Part shown: positions 1-11,051 of the stretch, piece by piece
How positions within the stretch are numbered: position 1 is the stretch's first letter
How the letters are laid out: every line of letters starts with the position of its first letter
DNA from: TPA_inf: Saccharomyces
Taxonomy: Eukaryota
DNA length: 64,000 nt
Assembly (NCBI GenBank): GCA_000146045.2
Contig: BK006948.2
Location: 320,001 to 384,000 of the forward strand
Direction: 5' to 3'
Program-made: the position numbers and the translations under genes
Notes under the pieces: model-generated
What the model saw: the letters and a program-made list of their open reading frames with translations, nothing else
Databases searched by the model: none
Told to the model about the DNA's origin: nothing

Positions 1-1548
1 TTTTCTATTTCTTTCGAAAAAATCGAAGAATCGTTGTACTCCCATAAGCAAAACGTGTCAGAATCTAGCGGATCTGACGATGGCAGTTCTATTGCATCAA
101 GGAAGAGGCCCTATCAACAAGAAATGAGTTTACTTGATATTTTACACAGGAGCAGATATCAAAAGCTAAAGCGTTCTAATGATGAAGATGGCAAAGTTCC
201 CCAGCTCTCTGAACCACCCGAAGAAGAACCTAATACCATTGAGGAGGAAGAGCTCATCGATGAAGAAGCTAAAAATCCGTGGCTAACTGGGAATTTAGTG
301 GAGGAAGCAAACTCTCAGGGTATTATCCAAAATCGCAGTATTTTTAATCTATTCGCTAATACGAATATTTACATATTTTTCCGTCATTGGACAACGATTT
401 ATGAGCGGCTTTTGGAAATTAAGCAAATGAATGAAAGGGTCACAAAGGAAATCAACACAAGGTCGACAGTTACTTTTGCCAAAGATCTAGATTTATTATC
501 GAGTCAACTTTCCGAAATGGGACTAGATTTTGTTGGTGAAGACGCGTACAAACAGGTTTTAAGACTGAGTAGAAGGTTGATTAATGGGGATCTTGAACAT
601 CAGTGGTTTGAAGAGAGTTTGCGGCAAGCTTACAATAACAAAGCGTTTAAACTCTATACAATTGATAAAGTCACCCAATCGTTGGTAAAGCATGCTCATA
701 CCTTGATGACTGACGCTAAAACTGCGGAAATAATGGCTTTGTTCGTTAAAGATAGAAATGCCTCCACCACGAGTGCGAAGGACCAAATTATCTATCGCTT
801 GCAGGTGCGCTCACATATGTCCAACACAGAAAATATGTTTAGAATAGAGTTTGATAAAAGAACTCTGCATGTTTCCATTCAATATATTGCACTTGATGAT
901 TTGACACTAAAGGAACCAAAGGCAGACGAAGATAAATGGAAATATTATGTAACATCGTATGCTCTGCCACATCCAACAGAAGGCATTCCGCACGAGAAAC
1001 TGAAGATACCATTTTTGGAAAGGCTCATCGAATTTGGACAAGATATTGATGGAACAGAGGTAGATGAGGAGTTTTCCCCCGAAGGCATCTCTGTATCGAC
1101 ATTGAAAATTAAGATCCAGCCTATAACCTACCAACTGCATATTGAAAACGGGTCTTACGATGTTTTTACCCGTAAGGCTACTAACAAATATCCTACTATT
1201 GCTAATGATAATACTCAAAAAGGAATGGTTTCTCAGAAGAAGGAGTTGATATCAAAATTTCTAGACTGTGCAGTTGGTTTGAGAAATAATTTAGATGAGG
1301 CTCAAAAATTAAGTATGCAAAAAAAATGGGAGAACCTAAAAGACAGCATAGCAAAGACGAGTGCTGGAAACCAGGGAATAGAGAGTGAAACCGAAAAAGG
1401 TAAAATTACGAAACAGGAGCAGTCGGATAATTTGGACAGCTCTACTGCAAGTGTACTGCCTGCATCCATTACTACTGTACCACAAGATGATAATATAGAA
1501 ACGACTGGGAATACTGAATCTTCAGACAAGGGGGCTAAGATTCAATAA
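1..1548 (+). CDS. SIN3: Sin3 transcriptional corepressor (Rpd3 HDAC scaffold), C-terminal portion; 5' end lies outside the window
   Basis: The frame is open from nt 1 to the stop at 1546-1548. The track ORF 34..1548 begins at a TTG, not a real start. The translated sequence is recognised as the Sin3 C-terminus. Its position upstream of PFA4/IZH2/PHO80 matches chr XV. Confidence 0.8.
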   Translation, partial: FSISFEKIEESLYSHKQNVSESSGSDDGSSIASRKRPYQQEMSLLDILHRSRYQKLKRSNDEDGKVPQLSEPPEEEPNTIEEEELIDEEAKNPWLTGNLVEEANSQGIIQNRSIFNLFANTNIYIFFRHWTTIYERLLEIKQMNERVTKEINTRSTVTFAKDLDLLSSQLSEMGLDFVGEDAYKQVLRLSRRLINGDLEHQWFEESLRQAYNNKAFKLYTIDKVTQSLVKHAHTLMTDAKTAEIMALFVKDRNASTTSAKDQIIYRLQVRSHMSNTENMFRIEFDKRTLHVSIQYIALDDLTLKEPKADEDKWKYYVTSYALPHPTEGIPHEKLKIPFLERLIEFGQDIDGTEVDEEFSPEGISVSTLKIKIQPITYQLHIENGSYDVFTRKATNKYPTIANDNTQKGMVSQKKELISKFLDCAVGLRNNLDEAQKLSMQKKWENLKDSIAKTSAGNQGIESETEKGKITKQEQSDNLDSSTASVLPASITTVPQDDNIETTGNTESSDKGAKIQ

Positions 1549-1857
1549 GTAGTTTTAACTAGATTTAGAACAAAAATCTTTAGTACGACAGGGTCTTTCT
1601 TCTGATGTGTACCTTTAATTAATGTCAACGATATAACATTGTAATTTTAAAATTCTAAGTGTTTTTGAAGCTTTTTAAGACACATCGATCTTTCCATAAA
1701 GGAAGAAGTGATAACATGCAGTGGTTATATTTGTGTACTCATACACTGGTGCATGAATCTTTTTACACGTCATTAGCATAGTATGTAATCGAAAGGACAC
1801 TATTTATAAGGGACAGTTTATACATACATATACTTGATATTCCCATGAATGAGTATT

Positions 1858-2994
1858 CTATTCCATATCAACATCCACTCCAAAATCGTCTAGTGATTCA
1901 CCCCAGTCGTTGTACCACTTCTCACGAGAAGCATGTCTGCCATTTTGAGGAAGTCTGGTCCTTATTAGCTGTTCGCCACTTTCATTACGCATCTCTATTG
2001 TTGAGCTGCCATGATTGAAGACGGTGTTTGTTTTACCTCCATCTGGTGGCCAGGGAAGTGAAAGGATGTGGTCTTCCAATGAGGAGTTAGCCTCATATTT
2101 TGAAATACCGTTTTTTGGAAAATTGTTCCCATCTCCCGTAGGAACACCATATGGCCATAACCATAAATGAATGGGACCAAGGTACAGTAATGCATTAGTG
2201 TACAAATCAAAATCGTAAGGGAAATTTACAAGTTCATCAAAACGTGGCCTTTTTTTTGTCAAGTGTTCCTCAGCATCCTTTTTATTTTGAAACGACCTCG
2301 ACTCTGGATATATTCTCCAAGTATTATCAATTAATTTCTGAGTTAATCTTCCGGAGTTGAACAAAGATTCTAGCCGATCCATATCCCACGACTCAATTTG
2401 AGATCTTCCATTCAAGATTTGATTGAATAAACATCGTAGGAAAAGAATTGTTATCGTTAGTAGGACAAAAGAATTTAAAGGACTCGATATTGTTAAGAAA
2501 ATCAGTTCTGATTTTTTGAAGAAGTAGCCAGGCAAGTGCCTTTGTTGCCAAATAAAATATATCCGCTTAGCTTGTATGCAAAATAAAACACTAGTCGTCA
2601 CTATGATCCAAAATAAGAATCTAAGGAAATGCGGATAGTTTGCAAAGCCGACGCAATTCATCGTCCACGGACAATGATGATCCATCATTAGGACGCATTG
2701 ATTGCAGGTTTTACAATGATGTGAACGTTCTGGCTTATAACTTTGGCACTTCTTACAGAAATTCCGCCAGATATCAGGGGGTGGTTTGTAGTTGGGCAAA
2801 GGCCTTCCTGGATTTGTGCAGATGGCCAAGTAATAGGAGAGCCATATCATTGACAAACAGAACTCAAATGTTATTTGTTTCGGAACTGACAAGAAATTGG
2901 ATAAAATAAAGTAGTGTGCACCATAGCCTATAAATGAAATCAGAAACGTTGGTATAGCAATTCCTAACCAAGGCCACCTTAACTTTACTGGCAT
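1858..2994 (-). CDS. PFA4: DHHC-CRD protein S-palmitoyltransferase (378 aa)
   Basis: ATG at 2992-2994 (minus strand). DHHC-CRD motif ...CKTCNQCVLMMDHHCPWTMNCVGFANY... plus multiple TM segments. The 378-aa length matches yeast Pfa4. Confidence 0.9.
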   Translation of the reverse strand: MPVKLRWPWLGIAIPTFLISFIGYGAHYFILSNFLSVPKQITFEFCLSMIWLSYYLAICTNPGRPLPNYKPPPDIWRNFCKKCQSYKPERSHHCKTCNQCVLMMDHHCPWTMNCVGFANYPHFLRFLFWIIVTTSVLFCIQAKRIYFIWQQRHLPGYFFKKSELIFLTISSPLNSFVLLTITILFLRCLFNQILNGRSQIESWDMDRLESLFNSGRLTQKLIDNTWRIYPESRSFQNKKDAEEHLTKKRPRFDELVNFPYDFDLYTNALLYLGPIHLWLWPYGVPTGDGNNFPKNGISKYEANSSLEDHILSLPWPPDGGKTNTVFNHGSSTIEMRNESGEQLIRTRLPQNGRHASREKWYNDWGESLDDFGVDVDME

Positions 2995-3410
2995 GGTTTA
3001 ACGATCAACTCAGTTTTTAAAATTCATGTTATACACCATCACCACAATGTAGGGACGATAATTATCGTATCTCAGATCCGCTATTTTTCATAAGCGCGTA
3101 GTAAGAGAGGTAGGTTTAACAGGATAATAAAAATATACATGAGACAGCCAATAAATAGTGGAAATAAGCCGTATTTTAAATTGAGAGCTCTTAGTAAGAA
3201 AAATGTTCCTCTGAGACGCTAAAGTCGTGTATATTTCATATGAGAAAGTGCACAAATCCTGCTTCCCTTCTATCTGGGAATTTCTTTTCTATATTTGAAC
3301 ATATTATTGTAAGGGCCTTTTTCTTTATTCTCTTCTCACATATAAGAACCATTTTATTATTTTAACTTTAAAACTACTTTCTATATAAATCCTACGTTTT
3401 TTCCAAATAT

Positions 3411-4364
3411 CTAGGAGACAATCCCGTTCTCCATCTTTATATGGACTAACTCATAACTATTTAATAAACCTCTCAAGTGGCACAATGCCGCAATAACAAC
3501 TAGAAAATGGAAAAGTTGGTGAGAATGACCCCAAATATCAAATTTACCGGGGCAAATCTTTTCAGGAAACCGCATTCCATAAAGAACAGCGCCAATTATA
3601 TATAGGACACCCCCAAGTAATACCCAAAAGAGCTGAATTTGGGTCCAAATTTCTGAAAAACTATAGCAGTAAAGGCCGCTGAATATTGGAATAATTGAGG
3701 ATAAACCAAAACAAACAAATAGCCCAGCTCTGTAAGGTCTCCACTCTCTTTTCCGAAACTTATCTTTTAGTGACACAATACTACACGCGATCCCAAAGCT
3801 AACGGTAATAAGCGCAAATAGGCAAAATAGGGAAAATTTCTCAAAATAGCCGTAGTACAAAATACTGACCATTGACGTAACAATCAATATACAAATACCA
3901 AGGTAGTCCAACTTATTTCCTAAGGTAGCAATTCTTAAGGAGTGACTCTTTAGACAATGAAAGGAGCTACTCAATATTAAACATGCAAACGCCCCCGAAT
4001 AAAAGAGGTCGATTACCATATGATCTAGCCATGTAGTTGTTGCAAACACTTTGATAGTAGATTTATCTAGCAACAGTACAGTGAAGAACCCGAGAGCAGG
4101 AATTAAATGTGAATAAATATTGACACTTTCATTATGCAAATAAAACAAACTTTTAAAAGTTTCAATGAAGCTACTAGTTTCTTTCACGTATCCATGTAAA
4201 ATAAAATCATTGTCTCTTTGCCATTCCGGAATTTCATCCCAACTATATAGCCTTCTTAGTACTTTTTTAGCTTTAGCGACCTCTGCGGGATTTGCGGATG
4301 TTTTCCCTGCAGCTCTCTTCTTCAGCTCTTGCACACTCTTAGTCCTTTCTAATAAAGTTGACAT
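3411..4364 (-). CDS. IZH2: PAQR-family (adiponectin-receptor-like) membrane protein, 317 aa
   Basis: The track ORF 3411..4394 has a non-ATG start; the first ATG at 4362-4364 gives 317 aa (MSTLLERTKS...). It has 7 TM segments and the HxxxH / PAQR motifs (HSHQLFH). Confidence 0.85.
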   Translation of the reverse strand: MSTLLERTKSVQELKKRAAGKTSANPAEVAKAKKVLRRLYSWDEIPEWQRDNDFILHGYVKETSSFIETFKSLFYLHNESVNIYSHLIPALGFFTVLLLDKSTIKVFATTTWLDHMVIDLFYSGAFACLILSSSFHCLKSHSLRIATLGNKLDYLGICILIVTSMVSILYYGYFEKFSLFCLFALITVSFGIACSIVSLKDKFRKREWRPYRAGLFVCFGLSSIIPIFSGLYCYSFSEIWTQIQLFWVLLGGVLYIIGAVLYGMRFPEKICPGKFDIWGHSHQLFHFLVVIAALCHLRGLLNSYELVHIKMENGIVS

Positions 4365-5248
4365 TTGGAATGATTCTTCTCCAACATGCAGCATAATTAA
4401 AACGACGGGAAATTTAGTACATTTGGCTCAAGGAACGCTGACATAAATACTATTTCTAATCTACTATTCGAAGAGATGTTGGATTTCTAAAAAAAAAAGA
4501 GCTCAACAACGGAAGACCGCCTATTAACCCCGAGTGTCTGTTTTTTAGTATACTCGAAGCAAACAAGAAAAGTTTGTTACTTAATTTCTGGCCTAAACAA
4601 GGTAGTGCTACCCTAGAGGAAGTACGATATCAGTACACTTTTGTATTTTTAACGAATTATGGTATTCTTTAAAATATTTAACATGCTATCGAGTTTTTCT
4701 TTCTAAAATGCGGTTTCAAAATTTGAGTCCGCTTTCTATGGAAAATATGAATGAGGCGAACGTGCTTGTACCATAGTCAGATTTTAACCCGTAGGTGAGA
4801 GCCTGAGGCTTCTGTAAACCACCTTGGAAACACATACGGGTTATAAGATTTTAACAAACAATCAGTCTCCATACTCATCCTAGGATCTCTTCTTCATTTG
4901 ATGAATAAAGGATTCAAACTTCAGAAAGTTATTCAGCGTATATTGGCTTTCCTTTAATCTAATGCCCCAAGCCATCATAAATAGCCATATTACTTTGAAA
5001 GTGCTCATCCGTATACACTGCAACTTTTCTTCTTTTCTCTTTAGCCGATTATAGCTCCTACCTGTTTTTTTTTTCTTCTTAAGATTATTTATATTCCAAT
5101 TTTATCATCCGTATTGTTTCCAATAGCGTTCCAGTGATCAGTTATATACTTCGAGAGGCAGATAACCTTTCTTTTTATAAGTGTTTATCAAATTTAAGTC
5201 TGCAAGCTATCATAAGACGAGGATATCCTTTGGAGACTCATAGAAATC

Positions 5249-6130
5249 ATGGAAAGCACATCAGGAGAACGTTCCGAAAATATACATGAGGATCAAGGGA
5301 TACCAAAAGTAATTCTGCCCGCTGATTTTAATAAATGCTCTAGAACTGACCTAGTGGTGCTCATATCACGAATGTTAGTATCGCTGATAGCAATCAATGA
5401 AAATTCAGCAACAAAGAAATCTGATGACCAAATTACTTTAACACGATACCATTCTAAGATTCCTCCAAACATATCAATCTTCAACTATTTCATACGACTG
5501 ACAAAGTTTTCCTCTTTAGAACATTGTGTGCTTATGACATCACTCTATTATATCGATTTATTGCAAACTGTGTATCCTGATTTTACGCTTAATTCGTTGA
5601 CTGCCCATAGGTTTTTATTAACAGCCACCACAGTCGCAACAAAAGGCTTATGTGATTCGTTCTCAACAAACGCCCATTATGCAAAAGTTGGAGGAGTACG
5701 ATGTCACGAATTGAATATACTGGAGAACGATTTTTTAAAGAGAGTAAACTACAGAATCATTCCGCGGGATCATAACATTACGTTATGTAGTATAGAGCAA
5801 AAACAGAAAAAGTTTGTCATAGATAAAAACGCATTAGGGTCTCTCGATTTGGATTCTTATTCTTACGTTAATCGTCCAAAAAGTGGATATAATGTTCTAG
5901 ATAAATACTATCGAAGAATAGTTCAGCTGGTGGGTTCCTTTAACGCTTCACCTGATAAGAGTAGAAAGGTTGATTATGTTCTCCCGCCAAATATTGATAT
6001 AGTGAGTGAAAGTGGCTCCCAAACTACTCAACTAAAGGGGTCGTCATCACCCAATTCTCACTCTTCACAAAAGCGATATTCTGAGGCAAAGGACGCACAT
6101 ATCTATAACAAGCGATCAAAGCCAGATTAA
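5249..6130 (+). CDS. PHO80: Pho85 cyclin (phosphate-pathway regulator), 293 aa
   Basis: ATG at 5249. Cyclin box and the whole 293-aa sequence recognised as Pho80. Confidence 0.9.
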   Translation: MESTSGERSENIHEDQGIPKVILPADFNKCSRTDLVVLISRMLVSLIAINENSATKKSDDQITLTRYHSKIPPNISIFNYFIRLTKFSSLEHCVLMTSLYYIDLLQTVYPDFTLNSLTAHRFLLTATTVATKGLCDSFSTNAHYAKVGGVRCHELNILENDFLKRVNYRIIPRDHNITLCSIEQKQKKFVIDKNALGSLDLDSYSYVNRPKSGYNVLDKYYRRIVQLVGSFNASPDKSRKVDYVLPPNIDIVSESGSQTTQLKGSSSPNSHSSQKRYSEAKDAHIYNKRSKPD

Positions 6131-6190
6131 TGATTTTTCGTGGGGTATTATGAAAGCAATCATGATTGAGCAAAATTAAAACTTTCCATT

Positions 6191-6195
<5 letters not shown>

Positions 6196-6221
<26 letters not shown>

Positions 6222-6230
6222 CTGTGTGTG
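6196..6230. repeat. (AT)13 followed by (TG)4 dinucleotide microsatellite in the PHO80 3' flank
   Basis: Read directly: acatatatatatatatatatatatatatctgtgtgtgtat. Confidence 0.9.
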
Positions 6231-6585
6231 TATAATAAGCAATTGGCCATCATTTGGCTAAAAAGTTCAAGATTTCAGGTAGTATATAAGAGAATAACTT
6301 CCCTCTTTTGCTAAAGAAGGATATGTTCTATTTCAGCCTTTTTGCATCATAAGAGCATAAGCGACAGAAAACACTTCGAGATGAGCTTGAGAACTCCATT
6401 TCAATTAACTTGATAAATACATGTAGATTCATATCATCACTGTTCTTTTCAGATACTAGTTTCAAAACTTCCTTGACAGAACCATTTCATGTTCAATAAT
6501 GAAAATTACTTTCACATGTTTTAGTGGAAAAATACTGAACAATGAAATTTCAATATCGCATATAATAATTTTTGTTATCAAATAT

Positions 6586-6702
6586 ATATTTTTCGGAAGT
6601 CATATACATTAAATAATTAAAACATTATTTTTAAAAATTAAAAAAATATATTTTAGCAAATAGTTTTTACTTTTTTTTAAATGCAAAATAAGTTCACGTG
6701 AT
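6586..6702 (-). other. CEN15: Point centromere CEN15: CDEIII (6586-6609), CDEII (6610-6694, about 85 bp and >90% A+T), CDEI (6695-6702), oriented on the minus strand
   Basis: The minus strand reads ATCACGTG (CDEI, RTCACRTG) at 6702-6695. It is followed by an ~85-bp stretch that is almost pure A+T. Then comes aaTGTATATGACTTCCGAAAAATAT, which matches the CDEIII consensus TGTTTATGNTTTCCGAAANNNAAAAA with the invariant CCG. It lies between PHO80 and RRP6, as known for CEN15. Confidence 0.85.
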
Positions 6703-6741
6703 ATTATTAATAATATTTTACCCAAAAATATGAGGGCATCG

Positions 6742-6751
6742 GAAAATTTTT
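6742..6751 (+). promoter_or_regulatory. RRPE-like element (GAAAATTTTT) in the RRP6 promoter, about 80 bp upstream of the ATG and about 40 bp from CDEI
   Basis: The motif ggaaaatttttc is read directly. RRPE (AAAAATTTT) is typical of ribosome-biogenesis promoters, and RRP6 is a ribosome-biogenesis/exosome gene. Confidence 0.5.
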
Positions 6752-6831
6752 CAGTAATGAATATTAATGTTCATCTGAAGATAGACGAAATAGGAACAAC
6801 AAACAGCTTATAAGCACCCAATAAGTGCGTT

Positions 6832-9033
6832 ATGACTTCTGAAAATCCGGATGTACTTTTATCTAGGGTGATAAATGTGGTGAGAGCAGCATCATCGTTA
6901 GCCAGTCAAGATGTAGACTTTTACAAGAATTTAGACAGGGGATTTAGTAAAGATCTGAAATCAAAAGCAGACAAACTTGCGGATATGGCGAATGAAATAA
7001 TCCTCTCTATTGATGAGCATCATGAATCATTTGAACTTAAAGAAGAGGACATTTCTGACTTGTGGAACAACTTTGGAAACATCATGGATAATTTGTTAGA
7101 AATGTCAGACCATTCGCTGGATAAGCTGAATTGTGCAATAAACTCAAAGTCAAGAGGTTCCGATCTTCAGTATTTAGGCGAATTTTCAGGAAAGAATTTT
7201 TCTCCCACCAAAAGAGTCGAAAAACCTCAGTTGAAATTTAAAAGTCCAATTGATAACAGCGAAAGTCATCCGTTCATACCTTTATTGAAGGAAAAACCAA
7301 ATGCTTTGAAGCCACTCTCTGAGAGTTTGAGGTTGGTTGATGATGATGAAAATAACCCCAGTCACTACCCCCATCCTTATGAATATGAGATTGATCATCA
7401 AGAGTATAGTCCAGAAATTCTCCAAATTAGAGAGGAGATTCCCTCAAAATCCTGGGATGATTCGGTACCAATTTGGGTAGATACAAGTACAGAACTCGAA
7501 TCAATGTTGGAGGACTTGAAAAATACGAAAGAGATTGCCGTTGATCTTGAGCATCACGATTATAGGTCATACTATGGTATTGTTTGCCTCATGCAAATTA
7601 GTACAAGGGAAAGGGATTATTTAGTTGATACTCTAAAACTTCGCGAAAATTTACATATTCTGAACGAAGTGTTTACGAACCCTTCAATTGTGAAAGTTTT
7701 TCACGGTGCATTCATGGATATTATTTGGCTTCAGCGAGATTTAGGTTTGTATGTCGTTGGTCTCTTCGATACTTACCATGCGTCTAAAGCAATCGGTCTT
7801 CCTAGACATAGTTTGGCCTATCTTTTGGAGAATTTTGCCAATTTTAAAACTTCAAAGAAATATCAGTTGGCTGACTGGCGTATAAGACCGCTTTCAAAAC
7901 CCATGACGGCATATGCTAGAGCAGATACTCACTTTTTACTAAATATATATGACCAGTTGAGAAACAAACTTATCGAGTCTAATAAGTTAGCAGGTGTTCT
8001 TTATGAATCAAGAAATGTCGCAAAAAGAAGGTTTGAATATTCAAAGTACAGACCACTGACACCTTCTTCAGAAGTTTATTCTCCAATCGAAAAAGAGAGT
8101 CCTTGGAAAATATTGATGTATCAGTACAACATACCACCTGAGAGGGAAGTATTAGTAAGAGAGCTATACCAATGGAGAGATCTTATTGCAAGAAGAGACG
8201 ATGAATCGCCACGATTTGTTATGCCAAACCAGTTATTGGCTGCACTTGTCGCATATACACCTACTGATGTCATAGGTGTTGTTTCTTTGACCAATGGCGT
8301 AACTGAACATGTCCGCCAGAATGCAAAACTATTAGCTAATTTGATAAGAGATGCATTACGAAACATCAAGAACACCAATGAGGAAGCTACTCCCATTCCA
8401 TCTTCCGAGACCAAAGCAGACGGAATATTGTTGGAGACTATAAGTGTTCCTCAAATCCGTGATGTTATGGAAAGGTTTTCGGTGTTGTGCAACAGCAATA
8501 TTTCCAAGAGCCGAGCCAAGCCTGTCACTAATTCTTCTATTCTGTTGGGTAAGATTTTACCACGTGAGGAGCATGATATTGCATATAGCAAAGACGGCTT
8601 GCCAAATAAAGTGAAGACGGAAGATATCAGGATCCGAGCACAAAATTTCAAGTCTGCCTTAGCAAACTTGGAGGATATCATATTCGAAATAGAGAAACCT
8701 CTCGTTGTTCCTGTCAAGCTAGAGGAGATTAAGACAGTAGACCCTGCGAGCGCACCTAATCACTCGCCTGAGATTGATAATCTTGATGATCTTGTTGTTT
8801 TAAAGAAGAAAAACATTCAAAAGAAACAACCAGCAAAGGAAAAAGGTGTAACGGAAAAAGATGCTGTGGATTATTCAAAAATTCCGAATATCTTATCTAA
8901 TAAGCCTGGCCAAAATAATAGACAACAAAAGAAAAGGAGATTCGACCCATCATCTAGCGATAGTAATGGACCAAGGGCAGCTAAAAAGAGGAGGCCTGCC
9001 GCCAAAGGTAAGAATCTGTCATTTAAAAGGTGA
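6832..9033 (+). CDS. RRP6: Nuclear exosome 3'-5' exoribonuclease (RNase D family: DEDDy exonuclease plus HRDC domain), 733 aa
   Basis: ATG at 6832. Exonuclease motifs (VDLEHHDYRSYYG...) and a lysine-rich C-terminal NLS. The 733-aa length matches Rrp6. Confidence 0.9.
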   Translation: MTSENPDVLLSRVINVVRAASSLASQDVDFYKNLDRGFSKDLKSKADKLADMANEIILSIDEHHESFELKEEDISDLWNNFGNIMDNLLEMSDHSLDKLNCAINSKSRGSDLQYLGEFSGKNFSPTKRVEKPQLKFKSPIDNSESHPFIPLLKEKPNALKPLSESLRLVDDDENNPSHYPHPYEYEIDHQEYSPEILQIREEIPSKSWDDSVPIWVDTSTELESMLEDLKNTKEIAVDLEHHDYRSYYGIVCLMQISTRERDYLVDTLKLRENLHILNEVFTNPSIVKVFHGAFMDIIWLQRDLGLYVVGLFDTYHASKAIGLPRHSLAYLLENFANFKTSKKYQLADWRIRPLSKPMTAYARADTHFLLNIYDQLRNKLIESNKLAGVLYESRNVAKRRFEYSKYRPLTPSSEVYSPIEKESPWKILMYQYNIPPEREVLVRELYQWRDLIARRDDESPRFVMPNQLLAALVAYTPTDVIGVVSLTNGVTEHVRQNAKLLANLIRDALRNIKNTNEEATPIPSSETKADGILLETISVPQIRDVMERFSVLCNSNISKSRAKPVTNSSILLGKILPREEHDIAYSKDGLPNKVKTEDIRIRAQNFKSALANLEDIIFEIEKPLVVPVKLEEIKTVDPASAPNHSPEIDNLDDLVVLKKKNIQKKQPAKEKGVTEKDAVDYSKIPNILSNKPGQNNRQQKKRRFDPSSSDSNGPRAAKKRRPAAKGKNLSFKR

Positions 9034-9416
9034 TTATGTAAAACAAGCGTATTTTTTTATTTATAAATTATGGTAATTTTCATTTAAGACCTCTAAATTC
9101 ATCTAATCGAATATCTGTGTCATGGAGTTATGGCTCCCCCATGCACACCATTTTCTCTTTTTTTGTTTCTGTGTTTCCCTTCATCTCCTTTATTATGAAA
9201 AGTACAAGTTTTATATAATTTCAACGTCGGAGGTTATCCGGAAATCTATAGTTGAATTTTTGCAGGATTATACTTCGCTCGAATATTGTGCGTGTTAAAT
9301 ACTCAGCGAGAACAATACTTCCAAGTTAGAAAAGGGATTTGCTCATGTTAAAGCAATGGCACTCCGAATGGACGGTGTCAGGAATTCTTTTCTTCACATC
9401 AGGCTTCGCATAGAAA

Positions 9417-11051
9417 ATGGCCATTGGCAAAAGGTTACTGGTGAACAAACCAGCAGAAGAATCATTTTATGCTTCTCCAATGTATGATTTTTTGTATCCG
9501 TTTAGGCCAGTGGGGAACCAATGGCTGCCAGAATATATTATCTTTGTATGTGCTGTAATACTGAGGTGCACAATTGGACTTGGTCCATATTCTGGGAAAG
9601 GCAGTCCACCGCTGTACGGCGATTTTGAGGCTCAGAGACATTGGATGGAAATTACGCAACATTTACCGCTTTCTAAGTGGTACTGGTATGATTTGCAATA
9701 CTGGGGATTGGACTATCCACCATTAACAGCATTTCATTCGTACCTTCTGGGCCTAATTGGATCTTTTTTCAATCCATCTTGGTTTGCACTAGAAAAGTCA
9801 CGTGGCTTTGAATCCCCCGATAATGGCCTGAAAACATATATGCGTTCTACTGTCATCATTAGCGACATATTGTTTTACTTTCCTGCAGTAATATACTTTA
9901 CTAAGTGGCTTGGTAGATATCGAAACCAGTCGCCCATAGGACAATCTATTGCGGCATCAGCGATTTTGTTCCAACCTTCATTAATGCTCATTGACCATGG
10001 GCACTTTCAATATAATTCAGTCATGCTTGGCCTTACTGCTTATGCCATAAATAACTTATTAGATGAGTATTATGCTATGGCGGCCGTTTGTTTTGTCCTA
10101 TCCATTTGTTTTAAACAAATGGCATTGTATTATGCACCGATTTTTTTTGCTTATCTATTAAGTCGATCATTGCTGTTCCCCAAATTTAACATAGCTAGAT
10201 TGACGGTTATTGCGTTTGCAACACTCGCAACTTTTGCTATAATATTTGCGCCATTATATTTCTTGGGAGGAGGATTAAAGAATATTCACCAATGTATTCA
10301 CAGGATATTCCCTTTTGCCAGGGGCATCTTCGAAGACAAGGTTGCTAACTTCTGGTGCGTTACGAACGTGTTTGTAAAATACAAGGAAAGATTCACTATA
10401 CAACAACTCCAGCTATATTCATTGATTGCCACCGTGATTGGTTTCTTACCAGCCATGATAATGACATTACTTCATCCCAAAAAGCATCTTCTCCCATACG
10501 TGTTAATCGCATGTTCGATGTCCTTTTTTCTTTTTAGCTTTCAAGTACATGAGAAAACTATCCTCATCCCACTTTTGCCTATTACACTACTCTACTCCTC
10601 TACTGATTGGAATGTTCTATCTCTTGTAAGTTGGATAAACAATGTGGCTTTGTTTACGCTATGGCCTTTGTTGAAAAAGGACGGTCTTCATTTACAGTAT
10701 GCCGTATCTTTCTTACTAAGCAATTGGCTGATTGGAAATTTCAGTTTTATTACACCAAGGTTCTTGCCAAAATCTTTAACTCCTGGCCCTTCTATCAGCA
10801 GCATCAATAGCGACTATAGAAGAAGAAGCTTACTGCCATATAATGTGGTTTGGAAAAGTTTTATCATAGGAACGTATATTGCTATGGGCTTTTATCATTT
10901 CTTAGATCAATTTGTAGCACCTCCATCGAAATATCCAGACTTGTGGGTGTTGTTGAACTGTGCTGTTGGGTTCATTTGCTTTAGCATATTTTGGCTATGG
11001 TCTTATTACAAGATATTCACTTCCGGTAGCAAATCCATGAAGGACTTGTAG
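9417..11051 (+). CDS. ALG6: Dol-P-Glc:Man9GlcNAc2-PP-Dol alpha-1,3-glucosyltransferase (ER, multi-TM), 544 aa
   Basis: ATG at 9417. Polytopic membrane protein with the ALG6/ALG8 family signature; 544 aa matches Alg6. Confidence 0.9.
   Translation: MAIGKRLLVNKPAEESFYASPMYDFLYPFRPVGNQWLPEYIIFVCAVILRCTIGLGPYSGKGSPPLYGDFEAQRHWMEITQHLPLSKWYWYDLQYWGLDYPPLTAFHSYLLGLIGSFFNPSWFALEKSRGFESPDNGLKTYMRSTVIISDILFYFPAVIYFTKWLGRYRNQSPIGQSIAASAILFQPSLMLIDHGHFQYNSVMLGLTAYAINNLLDEYYAMAAVCFVLSICFKQMALYYAPIFFAYLLSRSLLFPKFNIARLTVIAFATLATFAIIFAPLYFLGGGLKNIHQCIHRIFPFARGIFEDKVANFWCVTNVFVKYKERFTIQQLQLYSLIATVIGFLPAMIMTLLHPKKHLLPYVLIACSMSFFLFSFQVHEKTILIPLLPITLLYSSTDWNVLSLVSWINNVALFTLWPLLKKDGLHLQYAVSFLLSNWLIGNFSFITPRFLPKSLTPGPSISSINSDYRRRSLLPYNVVWKSFIIGTYIAMGFYHFLDQFVAPPSKYPDLWVLLNCAVGFICFSIFWLWSYYKIFTSGSKSMKDL

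Noticed and set aside
1179-1185. TACTAAC branch-point heptamer inside SIN3
   Set aside because: There is no upstream GTATGT 5' splice site, the ORF is continuous through it, and the translation matches Sin3. It is a coincidental occurrence. No introns were detected anywhere in the window.
4365-5248. Zinc-responsive element (ACCTTNAAGGT) searched for in the IZH2/PHO80 divergent promoter
   Set aside because: Only a partial match (ACCACCTTGGAAAC, about 4805-4818) was found. It does not meet the 11-bp ZRE consensus.
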